Shown here: piece by piece, positions 36,296 through 46,701 of the stretch | Position numbering within the stretch: position 1 is the stretch's first letter | How the letters are laid out: each line of letters begins with the position of its first letter | Origin: Wallemia ichthyophaga EXF-994 | Lineage: Eukaryota; Fungi; Basidiomycota | Length of the DNA: 62,000 bases | Reading direction: 5' to 3' | Assembly (NCBI RefSeq): GCF_000400465.1 | Contig: NW_008806291.1 | Location: forward strand, 1-62,000 | Notes under the pieces: generated by a model | Databases searched by the model: none | The model's input: only the letters and a program-made list of their open reading frames with translations | Told to the model about the DNA's origin: nothing | Made by a program: the position numbers and the translations under genes

Positions 36296-37876
36296 ATGCA
36301 CAGACAAAATTCATCGACAAGCGCATACTCGGAGGAAGAGATAGACATAGAGAAAATGGGCGGAGAGGGGGAAAATGGGATTAGAAATGAAGAGAAGGAC
36401 CAAGAACAGGAGCAGAAGCAGAATCACTTGGACGAGTATCTTGTCCAATTCACCCAGAATGACCCAACGAATCCGAAAAACTGGAGCAGTGGTCTGAAAT
36501 GGTACACGACGGTGCTAAGTTCGGTGTTCATTTTAAGCAGCACAATAGCGTCGTCGCTGCCGTCGACAACCATAGCGAATATGATAGAGGAGTATGACAC
36601 AACGGAGACAATAGCAATATGCACCATCACCATGTTTTTGCTAGGATATGTATGTGGTCCACTGTTTTGGGCGCCACTGTCGGAGGTATACGGACGCAAG
36701 CCCATCTTTACGCTCACGCTCTTGTTGTATACGCTGTTCAACGTCGGGTGCGCGCTCTCGCCAACCATCACCGGCCTTCTCATCTGCCGTTTGATTGCTG
36801 GCATAGGAGCAAGTTCACCGCTTACGAATAGCGGCGGCGTCCTCACTGACATATGGGAGATGGATGCTATCGCGATACCGATGGCGCTGTTCTCGTGGGT
36901 TGGTGTATTGGTGCCAGTGGATACTGCTAACACACTCGACAGTCTCGTGCCCTTCCTGGGACCGGTACTGGGGCCGATAATTGGCAATTTCATGATCATA
37001 AGCGTGCCGTGGCAGGACATATATTGGCTCATGCTCGCCTTCGGCGGAGTATGCTGGCTGCTGTGTGTGTTTACGCTGAAAGAGACATACGAACCTGCGA
37101 TACTGCACAGACGCGCGGCACAGCTGCGAAAGAAGACAGGCGACTCGGGGTACTACACGGCGCAAGAGAAGACACAGCCAGCGATGCGCACACTGCTCAA
37201 AACCAGCCTCACGAGACCTCTCCTTTTCCTCGTCACAGAGCCACTCGTCATTTTCTCCTCTTTATACGTCGCTGTGATCTACACCATCCTCTATCTCTCC
37301 TTCGAGATTGTGCCTTACGTATTTCGCGGCGTGTTCGAAATGCGGCAGGAGATAGCGGGTCTTATGTTCATCCCTATAGCCATAGGAATGTTCATCAACC
37401 TGGCCATCACCATGGTGGGGGTGGGGGTAATGAGGAGAAGGAGTGCAAACGTAGCAACCAAGAGTCTCCCCGAAGACCGACTGCTACCAGCCATTTACCT
37501 CGGTGGGCCATGTATGGTAGTGTCTCTCTTCTGGCTGGGTTTTACGAGCAGGGCCGATGTGCCGTGGGAGGTACCCGCGGCATCGCTCATCCTATTCGGC
37601 GTGGCTATCGTGAGCATCTTCAACAGCTTCCTCAGCTATCTTGCTGACGTGTATGCGGTGTACGCGGCAAGCGCGCTGGCTAGCAACACTATTGCGCGCA
37701 GCGTCATCGCGAGCGTGTGCCCCCTCTTTGTGAGGCAAATGTTCGACGCGATGGGCATCGATTACGCCTGCTTGCTACTCGCTCTCGTCGCCCTCACCCT
37801 CTGCGCTGTGCCCGTGTGGTTCAGACTGCGTGCCGCGTCGCTGAGGGCGCGCTCGGCGTATGCGCGCAGGGTGTAA
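36296..37876 (+). CDS. MFS multidrug transporter, DHA1 family
   Basis: DPTNPKNWS..KW, WAPLSEVYGRKP, GGVLTDIW, KETYEPAIL, PEDRL; predicted 48-nt in-frame intron 36895-36942. Confidence 0.94.
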   Translation: MHRQNSSTSAYSEEEIDIEKMGGEGENGIRNEEKDQEQEQKQNHLDEYLVQFTQNDPTNPKNWSSGLKWYTTVLSSVFILSSTIASSLPSTTIANMIEEYDTTETIAICTITMFLLGYVCGPLFWAPLSEVYGRKPIFTLTLLLYTLFNVGCALSPTITGLLICRLIAGIGASSPLTNSGGVLTDIWEMDAIAIPMALFSWVGVLVPVDTANTLDSLVPFLGPVLGPIIGNFMIISVPWQDIYWLMLAFGGVCWLLCVFTLKETYEPAILHRRAAQLRKKTGDSGYYTAQEKTQPAMRTLLKTSLTRPLLFLVTEPLVIFSSLYVAVIYTILYLSFEIVPYVFRGVFEMRQEIAGLMFIPIAIGMFINLAITMVGVGVMRRRSANVATKSLPEDRLLPAIYLGGPCMVVSLFWLGFTSRADVPWEVPAASLILFGVAIVSIFNSFLSYLADVYAVYAASALASNTIARSVIASVCPLFVRQMFDAMGIDYACLLLALVALTLCAVPVWFRLRAASLRARSAYARRV

Positions 37877-37966
37877 GGATTTATTGGTTCGTTGATTGTA
37901 GTTAATGAGTAATAAGTTATGCATATCATTCCACGTCTATTCAAGGGTTTTGTTATAGCTGAGTTG

Positions 37967-39785
37967 TCAGAATTTCTTCTTCTCTGCCTTCTCGACCGAC
38001 TCACTGGCAGAGAGAGAAGTGGGGAGGGTGTAGCCACGTGCAACACCCGCCCTGCCCGTCTCAAGCTGACTAGGGGCGTCTTGGCCCTCGCGCACCTCTA
38101 GACCCTTCCAGGAGCGTTCGTTGTGGAGGAAAGCGGCAGCGGCCGAGTTGTGCATGACCTGCAATGCGTTTTCCTTGGTTCTGAGTGTGAGTGCGTCTGC
38201 ACCCTCTTCCAGCTGCCTCTGCACCTGTGCAGAAGCATCAGATGAAACTCCGTCGTCGAATCTGCGATGATGGACTAGTCGACCGGAAGAAGCGGAGAAT
38301 GTGGGTGCGTCAGGGTCGTGATGCACAAGGTGATTCTGCTCCTGCTCCGCCTCGCCACTACCGCTCAAATTCCACCTGCTGGATGGATCGAGGAGGGCGG
38401 GGAAATCGAGTACATACTCACCCGTCCACGTACGACCATCGAGTGCCATTTCGAGCTCGAAAGGTGTAACGACGGGAGTGATGAATTCCTTGCTATTAAC
38501 GATACTGCTCTCTTTGCACGCGACGACACACCACGCCTGGATTTCACCAAAATTGCCCAATTTGGCCGGGTTCAACTTGCCTACTGCCACCGTATAAACT
38601 TTCTTGCGATGGGCTTGCAGCTTGGCGCGCAACGCTCGCACGAGTGGGAGGTAGCTGGCGGTCGAGAGTGTCCCCACAGCCAGACCGAATACGTCGCAGT
38701 CGCGCGCTTTAGACGCTTGCGCATACCGCCGCTGTAGCAAGCGGTTCTCACTTCCTGTCGCATCGCTCACGTTGTGAGTGGTTGGGTCATACGCTAGCAC
38801 TGCCACGCCGGCGTGTGTGAGGACGAGATTTGTCAGCTTTAAGGACGCGCCCCCAATGTAGATGAGCAAGGTACGCGGTGGGAGAGGTGCGTCGGTGGGG
38901 AGCGTGGTGGTGCTGACTGGTCGCTGTGCTATGGAGGGGTTGCGGGGGTTTGTGGATGTGCAAGAGTTGCATGAGTTGCTTAATGTGCAGCTATTCTTGG
39001 TATCGCTGCAACCACAATCCTCTCCACGCGCAGCCTCCTCGCCCTTCAAGGCAGACCCATCGGCCTCGTGGTCCTGCATCTTAGACTCGTCGGCGGGGCG
39101 AACGGGTGGGGGAGCGCCGCTATTGAGAGCCGGGTAGACGATGGAAGGTGGGCGGTTATGCAAGTGTACGGTCATGTCCTTTAGTCTGCGATTGAGGCCA
39201 TCGCACACGGCTGGTGCTTTCCACGCGTACGCGGTGTCAGAGACGAGGAGGGCGCGTGAGTGGGTGTTGGTGTACCTCTGCAGGATACTCTGGGCAACTG
39301 CATCGACACACACCCCCACATCCAACCGCCTCTTCCCGAGAACGTAGATTACGGGGAGGCGAGCGCTCGGTTCTAGACAAGCGTGGCCGTAGTGGACGAT
39401 AACATCGGCGTCGACGTGCTGGGCTGCGACTTCATCGACGCAGCAGGCGTTGTAGGTGGTGTCTGCGAGGATGTAGACGCTGTGGGCGGTGCCTGGATTG
39501 AGACGGCGCAACTCGGCCAGTTCCCGCACGAGATCCCGGTACACGCCGACCGAGTGGTGCAACAGCTCGTCGGGGAATTGTAGGGCTATCTGCGGTGTCG
39601 GTGAGGCGGGCACACACCTCCCTGCTCTATCCACTCACCCTGCTGTAGCCGTGTTCAAGTATATCACGCGCTGTACGCTTGATCTCGTACCCGTCGTTGT
39701 CGCCGTTGTCGTCGGAGATGTCGTGCGGAGAAATATCGTTGCGGGCATGTATAATATCCTCGCCGGAGTTGGTGATTGTGGACAT
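37967..39785 (-). CDS. DPH2: Diphthamide biosynthesis protein 2
   Basis: IALQFPDELL, ILADTTYNACCVDEVAAQH..HYGHACL, VGKLNPAKLGNF, PVVTPFELEMAL, SWKGLE..GRAGVARGY; first exon 39785-~39640. Confidence 0.93.
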
Positions 39786-39886
39786 TAACGGGATAAATTT
39801 ATATTTTATATTTTAATTCGATGTTGGTCGTTGCTGCGAGAGAGTCTTCTCGGTTGATAACCAACGGCGAACGTGGAGAATAGAGA

Positions 39887-40876
39887 ATGTACGCAGATTT
39901 AAATTTGCCAGCGGTGTACACGCATAATGAACCATTGAGGAAGGAGAAGAAGAACAAAGCCAATAAAACGAGTGCAGCGAGTACACCGAGTACACCCACA
40001 GCACCCACAATAGACACCACACAGCTAAAATCGCTTGAATCTCGTACACGTACCCTCATTCACTTGGGTTATTCTGTAGCTGGTTACGATCATTATGTGA
40101 AAAATTTCACCCACTCAAACCACAACAATCCATTCACAAATTCACAGCCGCTATTCCCAGGGCTAGATACGCGTAGCTCACACAATCCACGCACTCTAAT
40201 CCAATTAAGCAGACTTACAGTTGAGTTGGATGAAGCGGGTGATGCAACCAAGCAGTTGGGACAAGGTGCAGTGGGCGTGTTGAACGCGTACGATTTACTC
40301 GCAGTCAAACCCACGGGCCCAATCACATTCAATCACGCCTGTTTGAATATGTGCACTCCTTCTCCATTCGCTGTGCACATAATTCAGCTCGATCTTGCTG
40401 CTCACTCTCGTCTCCCTTTCTTCCTTAAGCGCTCCACTCTCGGTAAGGCTATCGCTGATGGCGCTTTCTTTGAAGTTTGCTATGGTGGTGCACTCGACGG
40501 TGGTGATGATTACGCTAGAAGAAATCTAATCGCAAATGTTAAAGAGTTGCTTAGAGTCACAAGCGGTAAAGGAATCATATTCAGTAGCTGTGTTTCTAAC
40601 GCACTCCATTTACGCTCACCTGGTGATATTATTAACTTGGCTACAGTATTTGGAATGAATCAATCTGTTGCTAAGAAGACACTTACAGATAATCCAAAGA
40701 CGGTTATAAACAATTCAAACTCGCGGCGGCTGTTTAAGGGAATCTTGAGTGATCCAATTATCCATCACCCAAGTAATTCTGCCAAGCGTGCAAGTGATAG
40801 TACAGATATTATAGATAACTCAAATAACACACCCAACACCTCTAAAAACCCACCAAAGAAGAAGAAGCAAGTGTAG
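39887..40876 (+). CDS. RPP1: RNase P/MRP subunit p30
   Basis: MYADLN, YDLLAVKP, DLAAHSRLPF, FFEVCY, RRNLIAN..GKGIIFSS, LRSPGDIINL. Confidence 0.93.
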   Translation: MYADLNLPAVYTHNEPLRKEKKNKANKTSAASTPSTPTAPTIDTTQLKSLESRTRTLIHLGYSVAGYDHYVKNFTHSNHNNPFTNSQPLFPGLDTRSSHNPRTLIQLSRLTVELDEAGDATKQLGQGAVGVLNAYDLLAVKPTGPITFNHACLNMCTPSPFAVHIIQLDLAAHSRLPFFLKRSTLGKAIADGAFFEVCYGGALDGGDDYARRNLIANVKELLRVTSGKGIIFSSCVSNALHLRSPGDIINLATVFGMNQSVAKKTLTDNPKTVINNSNSRRLFKGILSDPIIHHPSNSAKRASDSTDIIDNSNNTPNTSKNPPKKKKQV

Positions 40877-40920
40877 AAGATACATTACGTCATTACCTCA
40901 TTACGTCATATACAAATTAC

Positions 40921-41257
40921 TCAACCCCCAACATTGTTTGAATTGGATTCAGTGGCTGGCTCAGTTTGAAGTGGATTGATTGACCCTGCGAATGATTCAA
41001 CTTGGGTTGTTTCGTTGTTACTACCATCATTCGCTAATCCAGCAACGCCAAATGATGAATCGGAGTGAGTGGAAGGCGTGGGGGTGTTCTTGATACTCCC
41101 ATCGTCAACGCCTTCAAAACCTGCCTGATTCGATCTGGAGAAAGAGTCGCCGTGTGTGTTTACACCGTAGCCCCCTTCATCTGTGGCTGTGAGGGTGTGT
41201 CAGTCATATGAACACCTACCATTTCAATCACTCACTATCATTACTATAATTACTCAT
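40921..41257 (-). CDS. Small (95 aa) acidic Gly/Ser/Asn-rich hydrophilic protein, 2 exons; absent from the ORF track
   Basis: Exon 1 41257-41236, intron 41235-41187 (gtgagt..ctgac..cacag), exon 2 41186-40921 open to TGA: MSNYSNDTTDEGGYGVNTHGDSFSRSNQAGFEG... Confidence 0.7.
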
Positions 41258-41356
41258 ACTAAATAATCGATAAGATGAATATTTTCACTCTCTTGATAGT
41301 TGTAGTAAATTCTAAAATCAAATCCGAATTGAAACGGTCACCAAATAAAATAAAAA

Positions 41357-42592
41357 ATGGGGCGTAAATCAGCGACCAAGAAGAAGCAAGTGGAGGAAGA
41401 GGAGGAGTATGAGATTGATTCTATTATAGATGCCATGATTGGTGGTGTACGGGGGAGACCTGTAAGTGGTGTACTAGGAGTGATACGCGTGGATATCTTA
41501 TCGAATTCAAATTAGAAAACTCTCAGCTATTTTGTCAGTTGGAAGGTTTGTTATTTTACGCGCGTTTTTTCCCTCTCTCACACTTACCAGGGATACCCAG
41601 AATCTGATAATTGCTGGGTAACGGACGGTGACGCGAACAATGCAAGCGAATTGGTTAAGAAGTTCTGGTATCATAACCCAGACTTATACGTTGATCTCGG
41701 TTTGAAGCCTAACAAGGTGGAGAAGCCACAGTCTCTGATTAATCGCGAGAAAGGCAAGGATATCCAACAGGAGGAGGATTTGAATGACAATAACGAGGAT
41801 CAACAGCACAACCGTACTTTCCTCAATCCTCCTCATTCTCCTGATGAAAGTGACTTGGACAATGGCTTAGACCATGACGTAGACAATCATTCCAATGAGG
41901 ATCATCATCCTGCTATTCCCGCTGATGATGCTGACGATGCTGACGATGCTGACGATGCTGACGATGCTGCCGATGCTGCTCACAGTGATAAAGCTGCTAC
42001 GGTTGATCCTGAGCCTGAATCTGATACTCATTCTCACTCTAAACTCCACTCTCACTCTCAAACTCTCTCTCAGCCTCCCTCTCGCCCTAAAAGAGGCAGA
42101 GGTCGCCCTTCAAAAGCCTCTCTTGGACTAAATCCCACTGAAAAACAAACAAAGTCCAAAAAGTTCAAAATTTCCTCCTATGAGTGGGTTCCCTTGTCTT
42201 TTCTATCACTCCCACTTCTCACAAACTTTCACAGCGATGCTCCACGTTGGGATAACCACCTCGACATCTTGGGCGTCAGTCGCTCAGATGTTCCCGGTGA
42301 AAAAGCCATGTTCAAAGTCCAGTTCGATGATGCGCGTGTCAATGTCTATGGTTTTGAAGAGCTTGTTGAGAGAGCTCCAAAGACAGTGAGCTGGTTAATT
42401 GCAATCTCAAACCCCTCTAACAACCCTCTCAGCTCTGCAGATATCTCTCTATGTACATGGACGTAAGTCCCAAGAAACCATAATCTCACACACTCAAATC
42501 ATCAGTTCGACAAAGCTCAAACAGATAACAGTGAACCGTCTAGACCTCTGAAAAGACACAACCAAGACGGTAAAACGTTTTTTGAAGTTTGA
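41357..42592 (+). CDS. HP1/Swi6-like chromodomain plus chromo-shadow protein with an AT-hook
   Basis: EYEIDSII..YFVSWK|GYPESDNCWV chromodomain; KRGRGRPSK AT-hook; C-terminal RAPKT|LCRYLSMYMDF resembles the shadow-domain end; ~5 introns. Confidence 0.8.
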
Positions 42593-42729
42593 GTCGTGTC
42601 GGATTACTTGGTAATCTCTTTTCTTTTTTTTTCACTCGCCACTGTCAATCAAAACTCTACCCGCTAGTTGCTTTCTGTACAATTTAATCAATCTCTACCA
42701 TATAAATTTGTAGTTGTTCATTTTAATCT

Positions 42730-45269
42730 TTACAGCTCCTCATGTACGTGTTGTGTGCCTGCTGCGCTCTCCGGTATAGCTGTGCTGGTTGGGTAATCAG
42801 CCACGTCAAATATCGTGCCATGCGCCGTGTCATTGTCTTTATGTGTGTCAACCAGTGGTGAGTGTTGGATGAATTCTTTCTCGGTGCTCTGTTCAACATC
42901 TTGACTGTTGTCGTCGTTTTCGAAGGGTGTGTGTGGCTCTTGATGGTAATGATCGTATGGCTTTTCTTGTGCGTCCTCCTGCTCCTCTATGCGCTCCTCT
43001 TCTTCCTCTTCTTGCTCGCTCACGTACACCTTCCCCACGCTCGCCACGCGCGACTCAAACTGCTGCTCGAGAGCGACGACCTTGCCAAACACCTCTTCAA
43101 ACAATGGCTCTAACACCAAATCGGTTTCTTGGACATCGCTAAGATGATCGACACGCTCGTCAAAGGTTTGCGTGAGATGGTGATAGTGCATCCAATCGCG
43201 ATAAGTGACACCATCCGTCCAAGCGAGTGTGCTACCAACCTCCCTCTGTGCTCGAGTGAGAAATTCACGCGGCGCGCTAATCGCCTCCCCGATCATCTTC
43301 ACTTCCATCTCATCTATTTCTCCCTGCCAACGCACCATACCGTCCAAAACGTTTTGGGCGAGCTGGCGCAGTTTGTTGGTTACTTTCGTACGGACTGTTT
43401 CTATGTTTTGGGTGTGTGTGTGGTGCTTCTCATCTCCTTGGTCACTAATTTCACTCATTTCCCGCTCGTGGTAGTCGACAAAACCATCCATCAGTCGCTG
43501 GAAATCACTCGTGAGCGATTCGACAGCCTTTTCACTGCTTAGTGTGACTGACGACGCCAATTCTGCGCGCTGCGTCGAGAGACGGTGCATGAATTGGACC
43601 GCACTGGCATCGAGAAGACGAGATAGCTCTGTATGTGTGTCATTGAGTGTCGTAAGTGTTTCTTCCAGATGGGGCGTGGGTTGTGGTGCTTCTGGCACCG
43701 CTGTGCCCGTGCCGCTGTTTTCTTTGACTTGTTCTCCCTCTCCCTCTCCTTGCTTCTCCCCCTCATTCTCACCCTCACTTCCGCTCATGCTTGCGAGGAA
43801 ATAGCTTATCTCATCCGCTGTTTCGCCAGTCGCTCCGTATGTGCTGGCTGTCTGGGGTGTGTTAGTGGGCTGCGCAGTGTAATTTGGTGGGAGCGTGGGG
43901 TATGTGAGAGTATAACAAAGTGTGAGACAGTGTGAGACAGTGTAATAAGAGAATGCGGTAGAATTACACGTGTATGATTGTGTGTTTTGTAAATATACGC
44001 AGGTACGAGAAATGGGAAAGTGAAAAATAATGTCAAAAGAGATGAAAGAGTGAGTGTGCAAATGCTGGAATGGTCAAGTGCTAAAGTCGCAAGTGCCATA
44101 GTACTCACTGCATAATCCACAGTGCTGCATAATAAAGCCTTACTCCACTCACACCCCTTACATCCACCACGACCCCACTAAGGACTCACATTAGAGCGCT
44201 GGACCTCGATCCACTCGGCAAGTCGGCTAAGGACAGGATCAAGGAACTTGCCTTTGAGCGAATGGAAGTGTTTGACGGTAATGAGTTTATCGTCGAGACC
44301 AAATTTGACATACTGACCGAGAGCCAAGCGGGAGATGTGTGATGTTATTCTGTGACTAATAGCGAGCCACTCAGCCACTGCGCGCTTCAAGTACTTTGTG
44401 AGGAATGTGCGTATATGCGGATAGTACGTTTTAGTGTACGACCAAGTTGTTGAAAGTGCCCTGATAGCCTGACGCTGAGAGTATGCGTGCACGACACTTA
44501 AGTGGGGGTGCAGAGCAGTGTAGGTGTTTTGAATTTGCTTATGAGATTGGTTGAGAAGAGAAAAGACACGCTGAGTGTGCTTGTGGGTGGAGATTGGGAG
44601 GTAGTACTTGTCGTGATATACCTTCCAATAACGCATTGCAACACCCTGCCATTCATCATAAACAGGTTTAAACCTATTCGCTAGTCTTCTCGATTGAATT
44701 TCGAGTCGTGGGTGGATAGAAGCGTTGTAGAGGTGCGTGGCACTCTTCTTGGATCTGCTGAGATAAGGTTCGAGCTTAACTAGCTGAGTTGTAATCGGAT
44801 TAAGCTTATTTTGAGCTTGTTGAAGGTGAGGGAGGATGACTGGGTGAACGTGGTCGTAGTAGACGGGTTCAAAGTACTCGACGGTAGACTGATGACGCAC
44901 GCAGAGGTCACTTGAGTCGGGAGTAATTGGAGTGTGGCAGAATAAGTGGGCTAGAAAGGTGTAAAGGAGGAAAAAGAGAGTGAAGCGCTTGACGAGACTT
45001 GTAAGCCTGAAAGGGGATCTGCTTCTAGGTACGGGTTCCACAGGCTGTACACGATTAGACTTTGTATCTGTTTTGACTTGGTCGTGGATGTCCTGTGTGG
45101 TGTTAGCCGTGTTAACCGTGCTAGGCAGTTCAACCAGCTCAACCCAACTCACACTAAAGAGAATCTTATCTGGGAGATTCTCCTGCTTCTCCTGCTTTTC
45201 CTGCTTCTTCTCCTTCTTTTCAGACACTGGAACTGCTGGCGTTGGCTTGTTGAGATTATTTCTAGCCAT
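42730..45269 (-). CDS. Conserved fungal hypothetical protein with N-terminal TM helix and long coiled coil
   Basis: TM FTLFFLLYTFLAHLFC followed by a Cys-containing segment; coiled coil with WTDGVTYRDWMHYHHL. The junction at 44060-44180 is uncertain, so this could be two genes. Confidence 0.6.
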
Positions 45270-45328
45270 GGATGCAATTGAACAAGAAGGAATTGATAAA
45301 ATTTTACTGAAAAATACATGAAAACCAT

Positions 45329-46051
45329 TCAAATCAGCCAGTTCTCAACGCTGTCGTCTTCCTTCCACTGCGTAATAAACGTATCTACGAACGGTTTAAC
45401 TAATTTACCGGTGGTTGAGATTCCATCCACTCTTGTGAATGATTCAATGTAGATCATCTTTGGGTGGGGAATTCCAACCAATTTAGCGACCCAGATTGCT
45501 GCAACCAGCGAAACACAGGTAGATGGCCCATTCATTATCAACATATCGCCCAAGTGAGGTGAAGGTGCATCTGTAATGCTGTTAGAGCGTGTTGATGAGG
45601 GATTTGATATATCTGGTGGTGGTAGAATACTCAAACTCAAGCATTGGATGAATGAGACAAACAAATTTCCAGGTAGCTTGGAGTAACCCTCTCCAACGCC
45701 TCTTAAGCGGTGTAGATACTTGATAGCGTAGTATCCACTATCAGTCCAATCCAATGTAGCCGCTGTTTGCTTGAAATTTTCAAGTTCAACGACTCTATTA
45801 GTGGTAAGGGTGTCTCCGGAGTGGATCAGCCACAACCTAGGCGTGTACACCTTGAACATTAAAGCATCAATCATCTTCAATAACTCGGCGGAATGACCTC
45901 CACTTCCCATCATGACCGATATAGACACCTTTTCTCCAGGCTTCTTGTTCACTTTAGCAGAAGCACCGGATCTGAACTGGTTGATAGTGATCAAGCACTT
46001 GCCTAGAAGGAATAGCACTGCTGCTGCTGCGATTGAAATGTATTTATTCAT
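45329..46051 (-). CDS. ALG14: UDP-GlcNAc transferase subunit ALG14
   Basis: N-terminal TM; VMMGSGGHSAEL; NGPSTCV; IYIESFTRVDGISTTGKLV..FITQW. Confidence 0.93.
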   Translation of the reverse strand: MNKYISIAAAAVLFLLGKCLITINQFRSGASAKVNKKPGEKVSISVMMGSGGHSAELLKMIDALMFKVYTPRLWLIHSGDTLTTNRVVELENFKQTAATLDWTDSGYYAIKYLHRLRGVGEGYSKLPGNLFVSFIQCLSLSILPPPDISNPSSTRSNSITDAPSPHLGDMLIMNGPSTCVSLVAAIWVAKLVGIPHPKMIYIESFTRVDGISTTGKLVKPFVDTFITQWKEDDSVENWLI

Positions 46052-46092
46052 CCGTGTGCGTCCTTGGTGGTCGTAGCACTCGAACTATCAAC

Positions 46093-46515
46093 ATGGTTTG
46101 TTATTATAGTGTGTTATATTACCATTTCTAATACCACTCAAAGCCAGCTACTCTCGAATCCATCCACCCCGGCGACGGTAAAAACTTCCCAAAGCCAGGC
46201 CAAACTATCACCATGCACTACCACGGTACTCTGCTCGATGGCTCTGTATTTGACAGCTCTTACAGAAGAGGACAGCCATTTTCATCCCCAATTGGAATTG
46301 GAAGGTTGATTGGCGGTGAGTGATAGTGCTGACGTGTATGCCGGCGTCTAATCCGTCCTACAGCTTGGGATCAATGTGTACCTCAAATGTCTATCGGCCA
46401 AAAGGCAATCATCACTGCCACCCCTGAAGTTGGCTACGGTGAAAGAGGTTTCCCCCCAGTGATTCCACCAAACGCAACTCTCAAATTCGAAGTTGAATTG
46501 CTTGCTATTCAATAG
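46093..46515 (+). CDS. FPR1: FKBP12 peptidyl-prolyl isomerase (108 aa, 3 exons); not resolved in the ORF track
   Basis: ATG | intron 46096-46143 | [38 protein letters not shown] | intron | [39 protein letters not shown]. Confidence 0.95.
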
Positions 46516-46701
46516 ACTCGTTTTATTGGTGTTGAAAGCGTCTTCTAGGTGTGTTTGTACGCGTCTTCTAGCTCTTTTTCAACGCGTTTTTCTTTTTACA
46601 ACTTTCATTGTACACATGTCAATTTTCATTTGAACGGTGTCTTAACATTCATAAGTACTGTTTGTGAGTATTTATCCTTCCTTTCCCTCTCAAATCCCCT
46701 C

